Below, in pieces: positions 38,457 through 47,591 of a stretch of 60,176 bases of DNA. The stretch comes from a virus. A program made the translations under genes and the position numbers. The stretch is from positions 1 to 60,176 of the IMG/VR virus record IMGVR_UViG_3300045988_161285; one strand, 5' to 3'. The notes below the pieces were generated by a model, which ran no database searches, was not told the DNA's origin, and was given only the letters and a program-made list of their open reading frames with translations. Numbering within the stretch: the stretch's first letter is position 1; every line of letters begins with the position of its first letter.

Positions 38457-40195
38457 TAAGCTACTTCTTTTAATTTCTTCAATCTTAAATCTCTAAGTTT
38501 TGCACAAAGTGCTTCGGCATTCTTCTTTGCCTGTGTAACCTCTACCGCATTTCCGATAAACTTCTTCTGGTCAGCTTGTGTACCAACTAACACATAATCT
38601 TCCGGAAAGCCCATGATACGTTTTAGTTCAGGAATGCGAAGCATCCGCATTTTAATATCCACTATGCCATACAGTGCCATGAACTCCTTTATCTTCACGG
38701 TCATAGGACTATCATTGTCGTAGATTTCAATCGCTATCTGACCGCTTTCTGTTGCTACCAGATAGGGCGGCATCTTATCCATTCGTGCTATCAGGGTGAA
38801 GCAGGGGTTATCAACGGAGCCGCCAGCACTGTTGAACTGTGGATTCATCAGATAATGCCATTTCCGGTTTGCGGTTATTGTCTGTGCCGGTTCCTCTATG
38901 TTGCTACCAATATTTGAGAAAGAAGTATTCATAATCCAAGGCTTGCATGTTATAAGTTTTTGCTTGGGATTGGTTAAAATTGCCGGACAAATATTGTCAA
39001 TACTTGTATGTTGTCCTCCGCCGGAATACTCATTGGCGATAAACCTTGGAGTTACTAATGATAATCTGTCTTTTGTTGTAACTGTCGCAGACGGCTCGTT
39101 TACCGAACGATTAAAGCCGTTCCCATAGTGCGCTGATACGAAGGCATGATGGTCCCTGCATGTGATTGTTCCGGCAGGCTCTTCCACTGATACATTCTTG
39201 CTTTCGGGATGTCCGCTGAATTGTTTGGAAAGAAAGCAAACTTGCGCTACTCCAAGTCTGTTTTGTGTTGTTACCACCGGACATGGTTCGTCAATCCCAG
39301 GAGCGTTATATTTCCCCGTACGGTTCATAGAATTATACTTCACGAGGAAGGCATCCTTTCCTCCGGCTACAAACTTGATAAGTCCGTTATAGATACGCTC
39401 AAGCGTTTTCTCTGCAAGAGGCTTTTCCCTGAAGATGGTAGTTCCTTCATCAGAGAAATCAAGTACATCCTTTACCGGCTTCCACTTCTCCAGCCGCGAA
39501 AACATATCTTGCCTACCACCCTTACAGTGGGTCGGTTCAGGGAATACTATCGGCAAACTCTTTTTAGCAAAGATGCCGAAGAAGCGTTTCCTTGTGGTGT
39601 AGGCACCAAAGTCGGCAGCGTTCAGGATGCGGTGCTCAAAGTTGTAACCGTACTTCTTGACATTGCGCACCCACTTCTGATAAAGCCTGCCTTTGTCCAT
39701 GCTGATAGGCTTCCCTTTTTCGTCCATATCTCCCCAGCTCATAAACTCTTCCACATTCTCAATCTGAATGTAGTCAGGATCTATAACATCAATATAACGG
39801 AAGAGATGTTCTGCCAGCGTCCGGCTATCAGCATCTCTCGGTTGACCGCCTTTAGCTTTCGAGAAGTTGGTACACTCCAAAGAAGCATGAAGCATTATCA
39901 TCGAATCAGGATATAATTCACGGATACGTTCAACAATAGTATTTATCGGTGAAAGCTCCAGTGTACGAATATCCTCAATGAAATGAAGTGCATCAGGAAT
40001 GTTGGCATCATGTGAAAGGATAGCATTCTTATCGTGATTCACACAGCAAACGACTTTTGCACATCTATTGCCATTTAAACGGGCTTCTTCCACGCCTTCC
40101 GACAAACCACCGGCCCCACAGAATAGGTCTATGACAAATAATTCAATGTCGGACAACCCTTCTAAGCTGCATAATATCTCTTTCAATGATTTCAT
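38456..40195 (-). CDS. DNA (cytosine-5) methyltransferase
   Basis: DLFCGAGGLSEG, ASLECTNFS (Cys motif IV), IQIENVEEF, TRKRFFGIF, GFPEDY...IGNAVEV. Confidence 0.85.
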   Translation of the reverse strand: MKSLKEILCSLEGLSDIELFVIDLFCGAGGLSEGVEEARLNGNRCAKVVCCVNHDKNAILSHDANIPDALHFIEDIRTLELSPINTIVERIRELYPDSMIMLHASLECTNFSKAKGGQPRDADSRTLAEHLFRYIDVIDPDYIQIENVEEFMSWGDMDEKGKPISMDKGRLYQKWVRNVKKYGYNFEHRILNAADFGAYTTRKRFFGIFAKKSLPIVFPEPTHCKGGRQDMFSRLEKWKPVKDVLDFSDEGTTIFREKPLAEKTLERIYNGLIKFVAGGKDAFLVKYNSMNRTGKYNAPGIDEPCPVVTTQNRLGVAQVCFLSKQFSGHPESKNVSVEEPAGTITCRDHHAFVSAHYGNGFNRSVNEPSATVTTKDRLSLVTPRFIANEYSGGGQHTSIDNICPAILTNPKQKLITCKPWIMNTSFSNIGSNIEEPAQTITANRKWHYLMNPQFNSAGGSVDNPCFTLIARMDKMPPYLVATESGQIAIEIYDNDSPMTVKIKEFMALYGIVDIKMRMLRIPELKRIMGFPEDYVLVGTQADQKKFIGNAVEVTQAKKNAEALCAKLRDLRLKKLKEVA

Positions 40196-40198
40196 AAC

Positions 40199-40300
40199 TC
40201 AATCAATCTCCTTCGGTTTCCAGTCATTAGGAACTTTTGCCCATTCTCTGAAGCTACCATTGGCTACGGCGGCGTCAATTAGTTGTTTTCTTGGTTTCAT
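40199..40300 (-). CDS. possible 33-aa ORF upstream of the C5-MTase
   Basis: MKPRKQLIDAAVANGSFREWAKVPNDWKPKEID; stop 4 nt before MTase ATG; read by eye, below the ORF-track cutoff. Confidence 0.25.
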   Translation of the reverse strand: MKPRKQLIDAAVANGSFREWAKVPNDWKPKEID

Positions 40301-40430
40301 AATCGTGTGTCTTTTTTCATCAGTTACAAGTAAGTCCTTAAACAATAGTCTGCTATCCAGTAGCAGACAAAATAAAAAGCGGCATATACTGCCAGGATTG
40401 ACAGAATAGTCGCTATCAGTTTGGTCTCTT

Positions 40431-41063
40431 TCATTTCAAATTCAGTTTTGCCCGTAAGTCGTCGGGCGGTTGGTGATTCCGTTTTACCGGAGCTTGTTGT
40501 TCCTCCAAAGCTTGGTTATTGCGTCGACGAATGATAATATCCAGTTCATCTGACCGTTCCCGAAGAAATTTCCGAAATGCTTCGCCAACGGTTATCGTAT
40601 CGAAATAACCATAGAACTTACCATACCTTCCCAGCTTGAACCGTGCGACAAACAATATGAACTCCGTCAGTTTGATGTAGTGATACTGGCTAACGAACAG
40701 TCCAGAGAACTCATTCAAGGCATTTTCATCGGCCCCCTCCTTCGTGGAAGAAGCAAAATCAATGGTCAGTAACTGCGTCTTTACCCACAGAGACGAGGAA
40801 CCATATCCGTACATCCGTTCAAGGTCTGACAGCGTGGGAGACTTCTCGCTGTACGCTTTCTCGGTATCTGCAAGAAGCATAGACTGGAGTGATGTCGAAT
40901 ATACGGCAGAAGCCTTACTAAAGGTCGGGTATTTCTCCTTGATGGCTGATAGCATTACTTCCCTGCTCGATGGCTGCATATTCGTCAAGGAGGTTTCTTG
41001 CCTTTGCTGCCTTATCAGCATCCCGATTGTTTTGTCTTTGGGCTTGATTTTCTGTTTTTCCAT
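40431..41063 (-). CDS. replication-module protein (unassigned); start uncertain
   Basis: ATG 41063 gives a 146-nt out-of-frame overlap with the upstream gene; alternative ATGs at 41021, 40979, 40955. Confidence 0.5.
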   Translation of the reverse strand: MEKQKIKPKDKTIGMLIRQQRQETSLTNMQPSSREVMLSAIKEKYPTFSKASAVYSTSLQSMLLADTEKAYSEKSPTLSDLERMYGYGSSSLWVKTQLLTIDFASSTKEGADENALNEFSGLFVSQYHYIKLTEFILFVARFKLGRYGKFYGYFDTITVGEAFRKFLRERSDELDIIIRRRNNQALEEQQAPVKRNHQPPDDLRAKLNLK

Positions 41064-41685
41064 TGTCCTGTTGTTTTTTCTCGATTATCCAAAGATTGGC
41101 CCGACTATCCCAACGTTCCACCTTGGCACCGGTAGCAGTTTTCCAACCGAGACCGGAAAAGTGATTGTAGAAAATATCCGCTTGCAGTTCCCAATCGGGA
41201 AGTTTATCACGGAAATACTCTTTCACCTCTTCGGCGGTAGGTGGAATGAACTCTACCTTGGGTTTCGGAGGTTTCTTTTTCGGAGGTTGGTCCGGTGGGA
41301 ATAACTCGCCAGAATTACCCACCTGTTTTTGTTTATGTTTATGTTTTATTATCTCGGCACCAACCTCGGCACCAACCTGCGCACCAACCTCGGCACCAAC
41401 CTCGGTAAATTTTACCAAGGTGTACACTACATTCGGGCTTCCATTCTTCGTTTTGAAGTCAATCAATCCTACTTGTTTTAATCTATTCCGAGCATTTGAC
41501 AAAGTCTTTAGAGAGGCTATGCTAAGGTCTGCAAGAACTTTACCATTGTTACGGTTAAACGTATTCGCCCACCTACAGAGGTTGTTAGTTTCTAACAGGT
41601 AGAAATACAAAGCGGTTTCTGTGACAGTTAGCGAATATGCGTTATGTTGCAACCAGAAGTTCTTTATTAGCTCAATATAGTTCAT
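40918..41685 (-). CDS. DnaD-like replication organiser / initiator (winged-helix N-terminus)
   Basis: N-terminal wHTH-like region, VGAE repeat linker, C-terminal EEVKEYF...HFSGLGWKTATGAKVERW. Confidence 0.5.
   Translation of the reverse strand: MNYIELIKNFWLQHNAYSLTVTETALYFYLLETNNLCRWANTFNRNNGKVLADLSIASLKTLSNARNRLKQVGLIDFKTKNGSPNVVYTLVKFTEVGAEVGAQVGAEVGAEIIKHKHKQKQVGNSGELFPPDQPPKKKPPKPKVEFIPPTAEEVKEYFRDKLPDWELQADIFYNHFSGLGWKTATGAKVERWDSRANLWIIEKKQQDNGKTENQAQRQNNRDADKAAKARNLLDEYAAIEQGSNAISHQGEIPDL
41353..41405. repeat. 12-bp tandem repeat x4.4 (ctcggcaccaac) inside the replication gene
   Basis: units at 41353, 41365, 41377, 41389, partial at 41401; encode (VGAE/VGAQ)n. Confidence 0.85.
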
Positions 41686-42047
41686 AATAGGTAAGAATTG
41701 ACTTCATTCATAAACTCAGTAAGAGAATGGCATACCACATATTTATTTCGGAATTTTTCAGCCTCTCTCTGCCATCTTATCTGCTCCTCGCTTTGTTTCC
41801 CTTTCGGTCTCTTCATTTCGATGCAAAGAGCGGAAAATCCTTTCTTAGGTACAAGCAGTATCAAATCGGAAACACCCCTTACACTTCCCTCGTACTTCAT
41901 TTGTGCTCCAGTCCTGGCATCACGCTTTCCACCGTTGGGAACGGCGAACAACATAAGACTCAAAGACGGGTATTGAATCCGGAACCAAGTCAGACAGCTA
42001 TGCTGTATCTGACTTTCCGATTGCGGTGTAGTCTGTCTTTTTCTCAT
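41682..42047 (-). CDS. VRR-NUC domain nuclease
   Basis: GVSDLILL...LCIEMKRPKGKQSEEQ (D...ExK core). Confidence 0.75.
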   Translation of the reverse strand: MRKRQTTPQSESQIQHSCLTWFRIQYPSLSLMLFAVPNGGKRDARTGAQMKYEGSVRGVSDLILLVPKKGFSALCIEMKRPKGKQSEEQIRWQREAEKFRNKYVVCHSLTEFMNEVNSYLL

Positions 42048-43732
42048 AATTTACCTTTGAATAAGTCCATAGCCATATCTACCACATTCTCCTTAACCAC
42101 ATCGTCCGTTCCGGTGACACCGTTAGCTATGCCTTTCTTCCGTTGGATAACACCATACATGTATTCATCAATGGTATTCCTGCCAAGGAAATAGTAACAG
42201 TTGACGTTATTCTTCTGCCCATTACGGTGTGCCCTATCTTCTGCCTGCTCACAGTCAGAAAAAGTCCATGGGAACTCGATGAAGGCTACACGGCTGGAAG
42301 CAGTCAAGGTGAGCCCGGTACCGCCCGATTTGTAGTTAAGGATAATCAACGTACAATCCGGATTGTTCTGGAAAGCATCGACGGCCATCTGTTTCTGCGT
42401 AGCGTTATCCTCACCCGTAACCGTTACAGCTTTGGGAAACATCTTCTTCAGTTCCAACACTACTTCTTTTAGGTAGGCAAAGACAATCAGTTTCTCGCCT
42501 CCATCTATCACGTCATGGATGAATTCGGCAGCCGCCTTGATTTTCCCACGTGCAGAGATGGCTTTCAGAATGCCCATACGAACCATTACCTCGCCCCTCA
42601 TGGACTTGGCTATCTTCTCATCATCCGCATTCTTGTAGACACGCAGATATTGTATGAGGTCGCTTTCCGCTTTCTCATACTCCAACCGCGTAGTGATATC
42701 CATCTCAATATACTGCCTCGTCTTGTCCGGAAGCTGGGTCAATACCTTGGCTTTTTCACGCCGGAAGAAGCAGGTATTCCAAAGGCGCCAGTTCAGTTCT
42801 TTCAGATTGGAGGCTTTCTTCGGCCCATTACAGAAACGTTCGGTGAATGTCTTATACCCTCCAAAATCCTCCAACCGTCCCATTATCTTGAGTTGCTGTA
42901 TAAGGTCAGTATTATCGTTTACTACCGGTGTTCCCGTCAGTTCAAGAATGAAATCCTTGCCTTTACAAATGCCCTCAACAAACTTGCTCTGCTGGGTCTT
43001 GGTAGACTTGCACTTATGCGACTCGTCAATGATTACAGACTTGAAAAGGGTTATACGTGGGTCAAAGGTGATTGATTTCAGCGTAAACCGCGTATCATTC
43101 TTCACATCCAATACAAAGAACTTTTTCAAGCTCTCGTAGTTAGTGATGAAGATGTCACAACACTTGGTTTCAATGAAGCGCTGCCAAGTATTTTTGTTCT
43201 TGTCATCAAGGATTAGCGCTTGCTTTCCAGCAAATTTCTTGAACTCACGCTGCCAATTTATTTTAAGTGCTGCCGGACATACAACAAGGCACGGATAGGA
43301 TTTTGCAATCGTCACCGTGCCTATTGCCTGCAAGGTCTTACCGAGTCCCGGCTGGTCACCGAAGATACACCGTTTATGGGCCAGAGCATAGGCTATGCCC
43401 TCCTTCTGGTAATCGTACGGTTCAAGTAGCAATCCGTGGGGAACGGTCAGCTGCGGCATCGGAGCAATGTCAAAACTCATATCGACCTTTCTTTGCTCCG
43501 ACCGTTGTACGGAACCGCAGAATCCCTGCTGTACCGCCCATTTCGCCATTGTATCAACATACCATTCATCAGCCAAGTCAACCCACCACGCCTTTTCATT
43601 GAAAAGATATGCTTTCTTTGCGTTAGCCTTGACTGATGGAATATTGTTCACGCATTTAACCAACATCGGATGATACATGAATTTCAGTTTGAAGCCGTCC
43701 GGATATTTGGTGATACAAAAAGGTGCTGCCAT
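42044..43732 (-). CDS. SNF2-family helicase
   Basis: DQPGLGKTLQAIG, IIDESHKCKS, LTGTPVVN, AEDRAHRNGQ. Confidence 0.85.
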   Translation of the reverse strand: MAAPFCITKYPDGFKLKFMYHPMLVKCVNNIPSVKANAKKAYLFNEKAWWVDLADEWYVDTMAKWAVQQGFCGSVQRSEQRKVDMSFDIAPMPQLTVPHGLLLEPYDYQKEGIAYALAHKRCIFGDQPGLGKTLQAIGTVTIAKSYPCLVVCPAALKINWQREFKKFAGKQALILDDKNKNTWQRFIETKCCDIFITNYESLKKFFVLDVKNDTRFTLKSITFDPRITLFKSVIIDESHKCKSTKTQQSKFVEGICKGKDFILELTGTPVVNDNTDLIQQLKIMGRLEDFGGYKTFTERFCNGPKKASNLKELNWRLWNTCFFRREKAKVLTQLPDKTRQYIEMDITTRLEYEKAESDLIQYLRVYKNADDEKIAKSMRGEVMVRMGILKAISARGKIKAAAEFIHDVIDGGEKLIVFAYLKEVVLELKKMFPKAVTVTGEDNATQKQMAVDAFQNNPDCTLIILNYKSGGTGLTLTASSRVAFIEFPWTFSDCEQAEDRAHRNGQKNNVNCYYFLGRNTIDEYMYGVIQRKKGIANGVTGTDDVVKENVVDMAMDLFKGKL

Positions 43733-43733
43733 A

Positions 43734-44384
43734 TCAAGCTGCCGGCTCTTTAATCTTCACTTTTTTACTTTTGTTTCTCGGCTTCACTTTCTTCCCGTCA
43801 ATCGTCAGAGTAGTGCCACTCTGTTCCACCACTTGTTTAAGGAACTCATTCGCTTCCTCTTCAAATGCAGCATCTCCCACCGGGTCGGCTGCAATGTCCG
43901 TAGGAATATCCCCATCGAACGGAAGTTCCTGCTGGACTACCGCCCATTTCTTAGCGGTAAGATACTGTTCCACCTCATAATTACATGCCTCAATTGCCTG
44001 CTGCAGTTCGAATGCATGCTTATATTCCTCGTTCTCATTGTTGAACATGGTAAACGGAGCTATAAGGTTAAGCACCTTCTTACTTTTAAGAAAACGTTTT
44101 CCAACCAATACCACACCTTCATTGTCATCCGAACCGCTAACTGTGTAGCCCGTGACCTCGAATGTAGAGAAGATTTCTTCCGGCAGTTCATCTATGGAGT
44201 CCTTTCCATCAGCTTCTTTCTGCTCACAGAGGAAAGCAAGGTGAGGAATCAATTCGTTAAACGCTGCACGCAAATCCTTATGGATAAGATTCTTTCCCTC
44301 AATGGTTACATTGTCCTCATTCTCGTTCTTGAAAGAGGCAACAAGCGTGTTGTCTTTCGTGATTTTTGCTTTGGTGATATTCAT
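43734..44384 (-). CDS. hypothetical early protein (acidic, basic tail)
   Basis: 216 aa, 1-nt gap to the SNF2 gene. Confidence 0.45.
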   Translation of the reverse strand: MNITKAKITKDNTLVASFKNENEDNVTIEGKNLIHKDLRAAFNELIPHLAFLCEQKEADGKDSIDELPEEIFSTFEVTGYTVSGSDDNEGVVLVGKRFLKSKKVLNLIAPFTMFNNENEEYKHAFELQQAIEACNYEVEQYLTAKKWAVVQQELPFDGDIPTDIAADPVGDAAFEEEANEFLKQVVEQSGTTLTIDGKKVKPRNKSKKVKIKEPAA

Positions 44385-44386
44385 TT

Positions 44387-44812
44387 CTACCTCCTGTCTT
44401 TATACTCGTTGATAAATTCGTTATAGTAACGGTCAGCCGGAAGAGGGAGCGTTATTCCCAGTTCGGCAGCAGCATCGGCCTGAACCTTATTTAGAAAGTC
44501 AGTCATCTGTACTGTATTGAGTTTCGATGTGCTTCCGGCAATGACCATTTCTTTTCCTCTGAAATACGAAGTCCTTCTGAGAAAGCGGTTACAATAGTAA
44601 TCGTGTACATCCTGCTTGTCCGTCCCGGTCTCCTGCTCAATACAAGTAAACCACAACCACATAAGCGCATTCTGTGACAGCGTCCTTGGCTCTGTGAACC
44701 TTTCGATTTTTACACGATACCGACCATTACGAAGCTGGGAACACATGAAGTCAAAAGACTTGCTTATGTGTACCTCGCCGTTGACCTTTTCCAGAATTGC
44801 TTCTTGTGCCAT
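44387..44812 (-). CDS. NinB/Orf-like recombination mediator
   Basis: RTLSQNALMWLW motif resembling lambda NinB RSLDQNRKLW. Confidence 0.5.
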   Translation of the reverse strand: MAQEAILEKVNGEVHISKSFDFMCSQLRNGRYRVKIERFTEPRTLSQNALMWLWFTCIEQETGTDKQDVHDYYCNRFLRRTSYFRGKEMVIAGSTSKLNTVQMTDFLNKVQADAAAELGITLPLPADRYYNEFINEYKDRR

Positions 44813-45633
44813 TACTCTAATCCAAAGATTTTTTTATCAGCAATAATGTCTCGGTTTGCTTCCAAAAACTCTATGAAATGCTCGCAGTGTGCCGTAAGCA
44901 GCTTAATCGTCTGTTCATGGTTATAAGTGTAGTATTCCGGGTATTGCGTTCCGCTAATTAGTGGCGTCCGGCTGGTACCGCCCTTCATCTGATAGGCAGT
45001 GTACTCAAACGCTTTCACGCTTTCCATCTGACCGGAAGCAATCAGACAGTAAGGATATACATGGCGCTGCCAGCCGTGTTCATACTTGCCAAAATCATAC
45101 TTAGATGTTGTCTTGATATCATATACAGTATCACGAACGAGCTCATCTATATACCCATAAAGCTCCACATCACCATAGCGAGTGGGAATGACTGCGGACA
45201 CAAAGACTTGGGACAATGCACCGGAAAAATACTTCGACTGCTCTATACACCAGCTACGGTCAAATAAGAAATTACGCTCTGGCGCGATATCAGTAGCAGG
45301 AAAATATACCTGAATGGTATTCGTTTCTCCATCACCGATAATGGTGTATGGCTCCCGTTCGCTTGGTATATGCTTTTTCTTGTGGATATAGCAGTCTATG
45401 ACAGCATTAAAGGCCGTTCCTTTATCAGCTGCCTCACTCTCAAACGGGACACGGTTTATCGCATCAAGTAGGCTTTGCTTCAGCTCCGCTTCAATTACTT
45501 CCGGACTTTTCTTATATTCCCCCGTTTCATTATCGACATTCCAGAAGCTCTCTACTTGTTCATCAGCCCGTAAATACTGCTCGAATTTATCAAGCAGTGA
45601 CGGGTAGAATCTGTATTTAGGCTGCTGGTTCAT
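44812..45633 (-). CDS. PD-(D/E)XK nuclease (RecB/Cas4-like exonuclease)
   Basis: GYIDEL...VYDIKTT catalytic pattern. Confidence 0.55.
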   Translation of the reverse strand: MNQQPKYRFYPSLLDKFEQYLRADEQVESFWNVDNETGEYKKSPEVIEAELKQSLLDAINRVPFESEAADKGTAFNAVIDCYIHKKKHIPSEREPYTIIGDGETNTIQVYFPATDIAPERNFLFDRSWCIEQSKYFSGALSQVFVSAVIPTRYGDVELYGYIDELVRDTVYDIKTTSKYDFGKYEHGWQRHVYPYCLIASGQMESVKAFEYTAYQMKGGTSRTPLISGTQYPEYYTYNHEQTIKLLTAHCEHFIEFLEANRDIIADKKIFGLE

Positions 45634-46555
45634 ACCTTTTGCTGAGTTTGTTAAACTTCAAGCCAAGTCTCTTGCACTTCTCATTGAGCATCATGCCTGC
45701 CCGTACCTTGCTGTCAAAGATATGCGTCATGGTGTCTAAAGCTTCCCGAACAGAATTGGCAGATTGTGTATCAGTCACTTGTTCCACTGCGTCACGGATA
45801 GCATCAAGAACCGCATCATATTCGGAAGATAGTTCCGTCTGCTTCGTCTGATACTCCTTATAAGTACTGATGATTTTCGTCATGAAATCATTCTCACCCG
45901 TTACGGTACCAGACTCATCAATGATTACGGGAATTTTGATATGTGAAGGAAGATTACAAGTATTCTTCCCGTAGAACTTCTCGCACGGGTCAAAAGAAAT
46001 AGTTCTATCTTTACCGATAGCTTCCATGTAACCAACCAAATCCAACTCCTTAATCAAATCACCGGCAGATGAGCCACCAATCTCCGGACGTATCTGTTTT
46101 TCGTCGCCTACTTTCTCCTCCCGTTCATGAGCCACGAAGATAACAGACTTGCCCATGAGTGTGACTTGATTAACGAAGTTGATGAACATGTTCTTACGTA
46201 CTCCATACCCCTGCAGGGAAGGGGTACCATCCGCTTTCTTCATCTTCGGATTCGCTGCCATAATCGCCTTATCCATAAAAGAAAGCATCTTTCCGGCAGT
46301 ATCAATCACAATAGTGGAAAACTCCTTGATTTCTTCGGACGAAAGTACCTGGTTCGTCTCGTCCCAGCTTGTAATCTGGACGGTCGGTACACGATGGGCG
46401 GCATTGACACGGTGAATACCGCCGTCATAATCGAACAATACCGGATTGGGAGCCGATAATGCAAGAGTTGTTTTTCCCATGCCAGGTTGGCCGTAAATCA
46501 GTGCTGACAAGGTAGTCTTAACGGTCAGCTCGTTAGGTCTTTTGATAAGTCCCAT
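45617..46555 (-). CDS. Sak4-like RecA-fold ATPase (AAA_24-type)
   Basis: Walker A LIYGQPGMGKTTLAL, Walker B TIVIDTAG; start ATG 46555 (MGLIKRP). Confidence 0.65.
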   Translation of the reverse strand: MGLIKRPNELTVKTTLSALIYGQPGMGKTTLALSAPNPVLFDYDGGIHRVNAAHRVPTVQITSWDETNQVLSSEEIKEFSTIVIDTAGKMLSFMDKAIMAANPKMKKADGTPSLQGYGVRKNMFINFVNQVTLMGKSVIFVAHEREEKVGDEKQIRPEIGGSSAGDLIKELDLVGYMEAIGKDRTISFDPCEKFYGKNTCNLPSHIKIPVIIDESGTVTGENDFMTKIISTYKEYQTKQTELSSEYDAVLDAIRDAVEQVTDTQSANSVREALDTMTHIFDSKVRAGMMLNEKCKRLGLKFNKLSKRYEPAA

Positions 46556-46590
46556 AATAGAAAATATTAAAGTGGTTAATAAAAAAATAG

Positions 46591-46624
46591 CCAAAGGAAA
46601 GCCCCGAAGCGTATTCTCCGGGGC
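46591..46624 (-). terminator. hairpin terminator closing the tRNA-like transcription unit
   Basis: gccccg/cggggc stem followed on the minus strand by UUUCCUUUGG. Confidence 0.4.
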
Positions 46625-46770
46625 GCAAACGACAAATACTCCTAATCCTATCCGATTTCGCATTACCTTTCAGATAGAGTCAACGGCTAACCGATGCTGC
46701 GCGGATGATTCCCTGCGCTATCTTCGCCCTACTCTCGGACTAAAAGCGGATTTTCTCTCATAAAGGCTTG

Positions 46771-46901
46771 TAGAAACGGATGGATTCGAACCACCGACCG
46801 CCGCTTGTGGTGCTCTCCCATTAAGCTAAGAATCTACTTGAGAGAATCGAACTCTCAACCTTCCACCACACACGGTGCTCTATCCACTGAGCTACGTTCC
46901 C
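46771..46901 (-). ncRNA. tRNA-derived RNA A (131 nt) with a 12-bp extended anticodon helix and a 51-nt insert
   Basis: acceptor GGGAACG/CGUUUCU, D arm GCUC-AGUGGAUA-GAGC, T arm GGUGG-UUCGAAU-CCAUC; helix 46801-46812 with 46864-46875. Confidence 0.5.
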
Positions 46902-46995
46902 AGAATAGGTGAACTATTTTCACAAACCGTTCACCTTGAAACACAAACAAAAAATAAAACACGACAAAACTACTAAATAACCCTCTCTTGGATTG

Positions 46996-47063
46996 TGGAC
47001 GTTGACGGACTCGAACCGCCAATCTCCTCAAATGAGTTGTGTTAGCCATTACACCGAACGCCC
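46996..47063 (-). tRNA. compact 68-nt tRNA-like gene, possibly degenerate tRNA-Gln(UUG)
   Basis: acceptor GGGCGUU/AACGUCC, D arm GUGU-AAUGGCUA-ACAC, T arm GGCGG-UUCGAGU-CCGUC; only 18 nt between arms, loop AUUUGAG. Confidence 0.4.
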
Positions 47064-47244
47064 ATATTTGCCTACCATATCTTCACAGACTGGGCAGGCA
47101 GGTCAACAAAGTTGCTCCCGGATAGGCGGTCAAGCCACACCGGGATAGTCACTTAAAACAAAAGCAAAATAAAAACTTAAATGAGGACTCTCACCTCACG
47201 TTGTCCTTTACAACGGAATTATAGATTAAACAATAAAAAGCTTG

Positions 47245-47358
47245 TGGACAATGCGGGATTTGAACGCCGCGACCTGTACATGAAACCTTTAAACAATACC
47301 ATGACAAATTACCAATACTAACTACATGTACCGCTCTACCAAGCTGAGCTAATTGCCC
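47245..47358 (-). ncRNA. tRNA-derived RNA C (114 nt) with a 7-bp stem enclosing a 42-nt U-rich loop
   Basis: acceptor GGGCAAU/AUUGUCC, D arm GCUC-AGCUUGGUA-GAGC, T arm with bulged C; stem GUACAUG/CAUGUAC. Confidence 0.5.
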
Positions 47359-47591
47359 GTGTCTGTCCCTGCTCTCACGAGTAGAGACAACTCCCATGTC
47401 TAATTCTAAATCAATCTAATTATGTGTGAAACACTTCCTCCGCTGAGGTCTATATCTTGAACACCTTTTTCAGGACATTGTGATAAAACCAATACGAATA
47501 CACAAGGCCAAAAAGGTTTATACCATAATTCCAGTCTCCCGTTACCGAGTCTACATCATTAAACATCAATAAACATGGTAGTGCCAATACG

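Noticed and set aside
46841-46901. Reading the 5' part of tRNA-like RNA A as an independent canonical tRNA ending after the first T-arm-like hairpin
   Set aside because: The sequence following that hairpin (AAGUAGA) cannot pair with the 5' acceptor strand GGGAACG, and no 5+7+5 anticodon arm can be drawn. The acceptor strand pairs instead with CGUUUCU at 46772-46778, which is also the end carrying the shared ACAAGC trailer.
47421-47442. A 20-nt near-repeat tgtgtgaa(a/g)cacttcctccg at 47421 and 53257 as possible att-like direct repeats
   Set aside because: The second copy is simply the 5' arm of the cI-operon terminator hairpin and the first is in a different structural context. The 5.8-kb interval between them is the immunity region with no recombinase. 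Chance or shared terminator ancestry is more likely.
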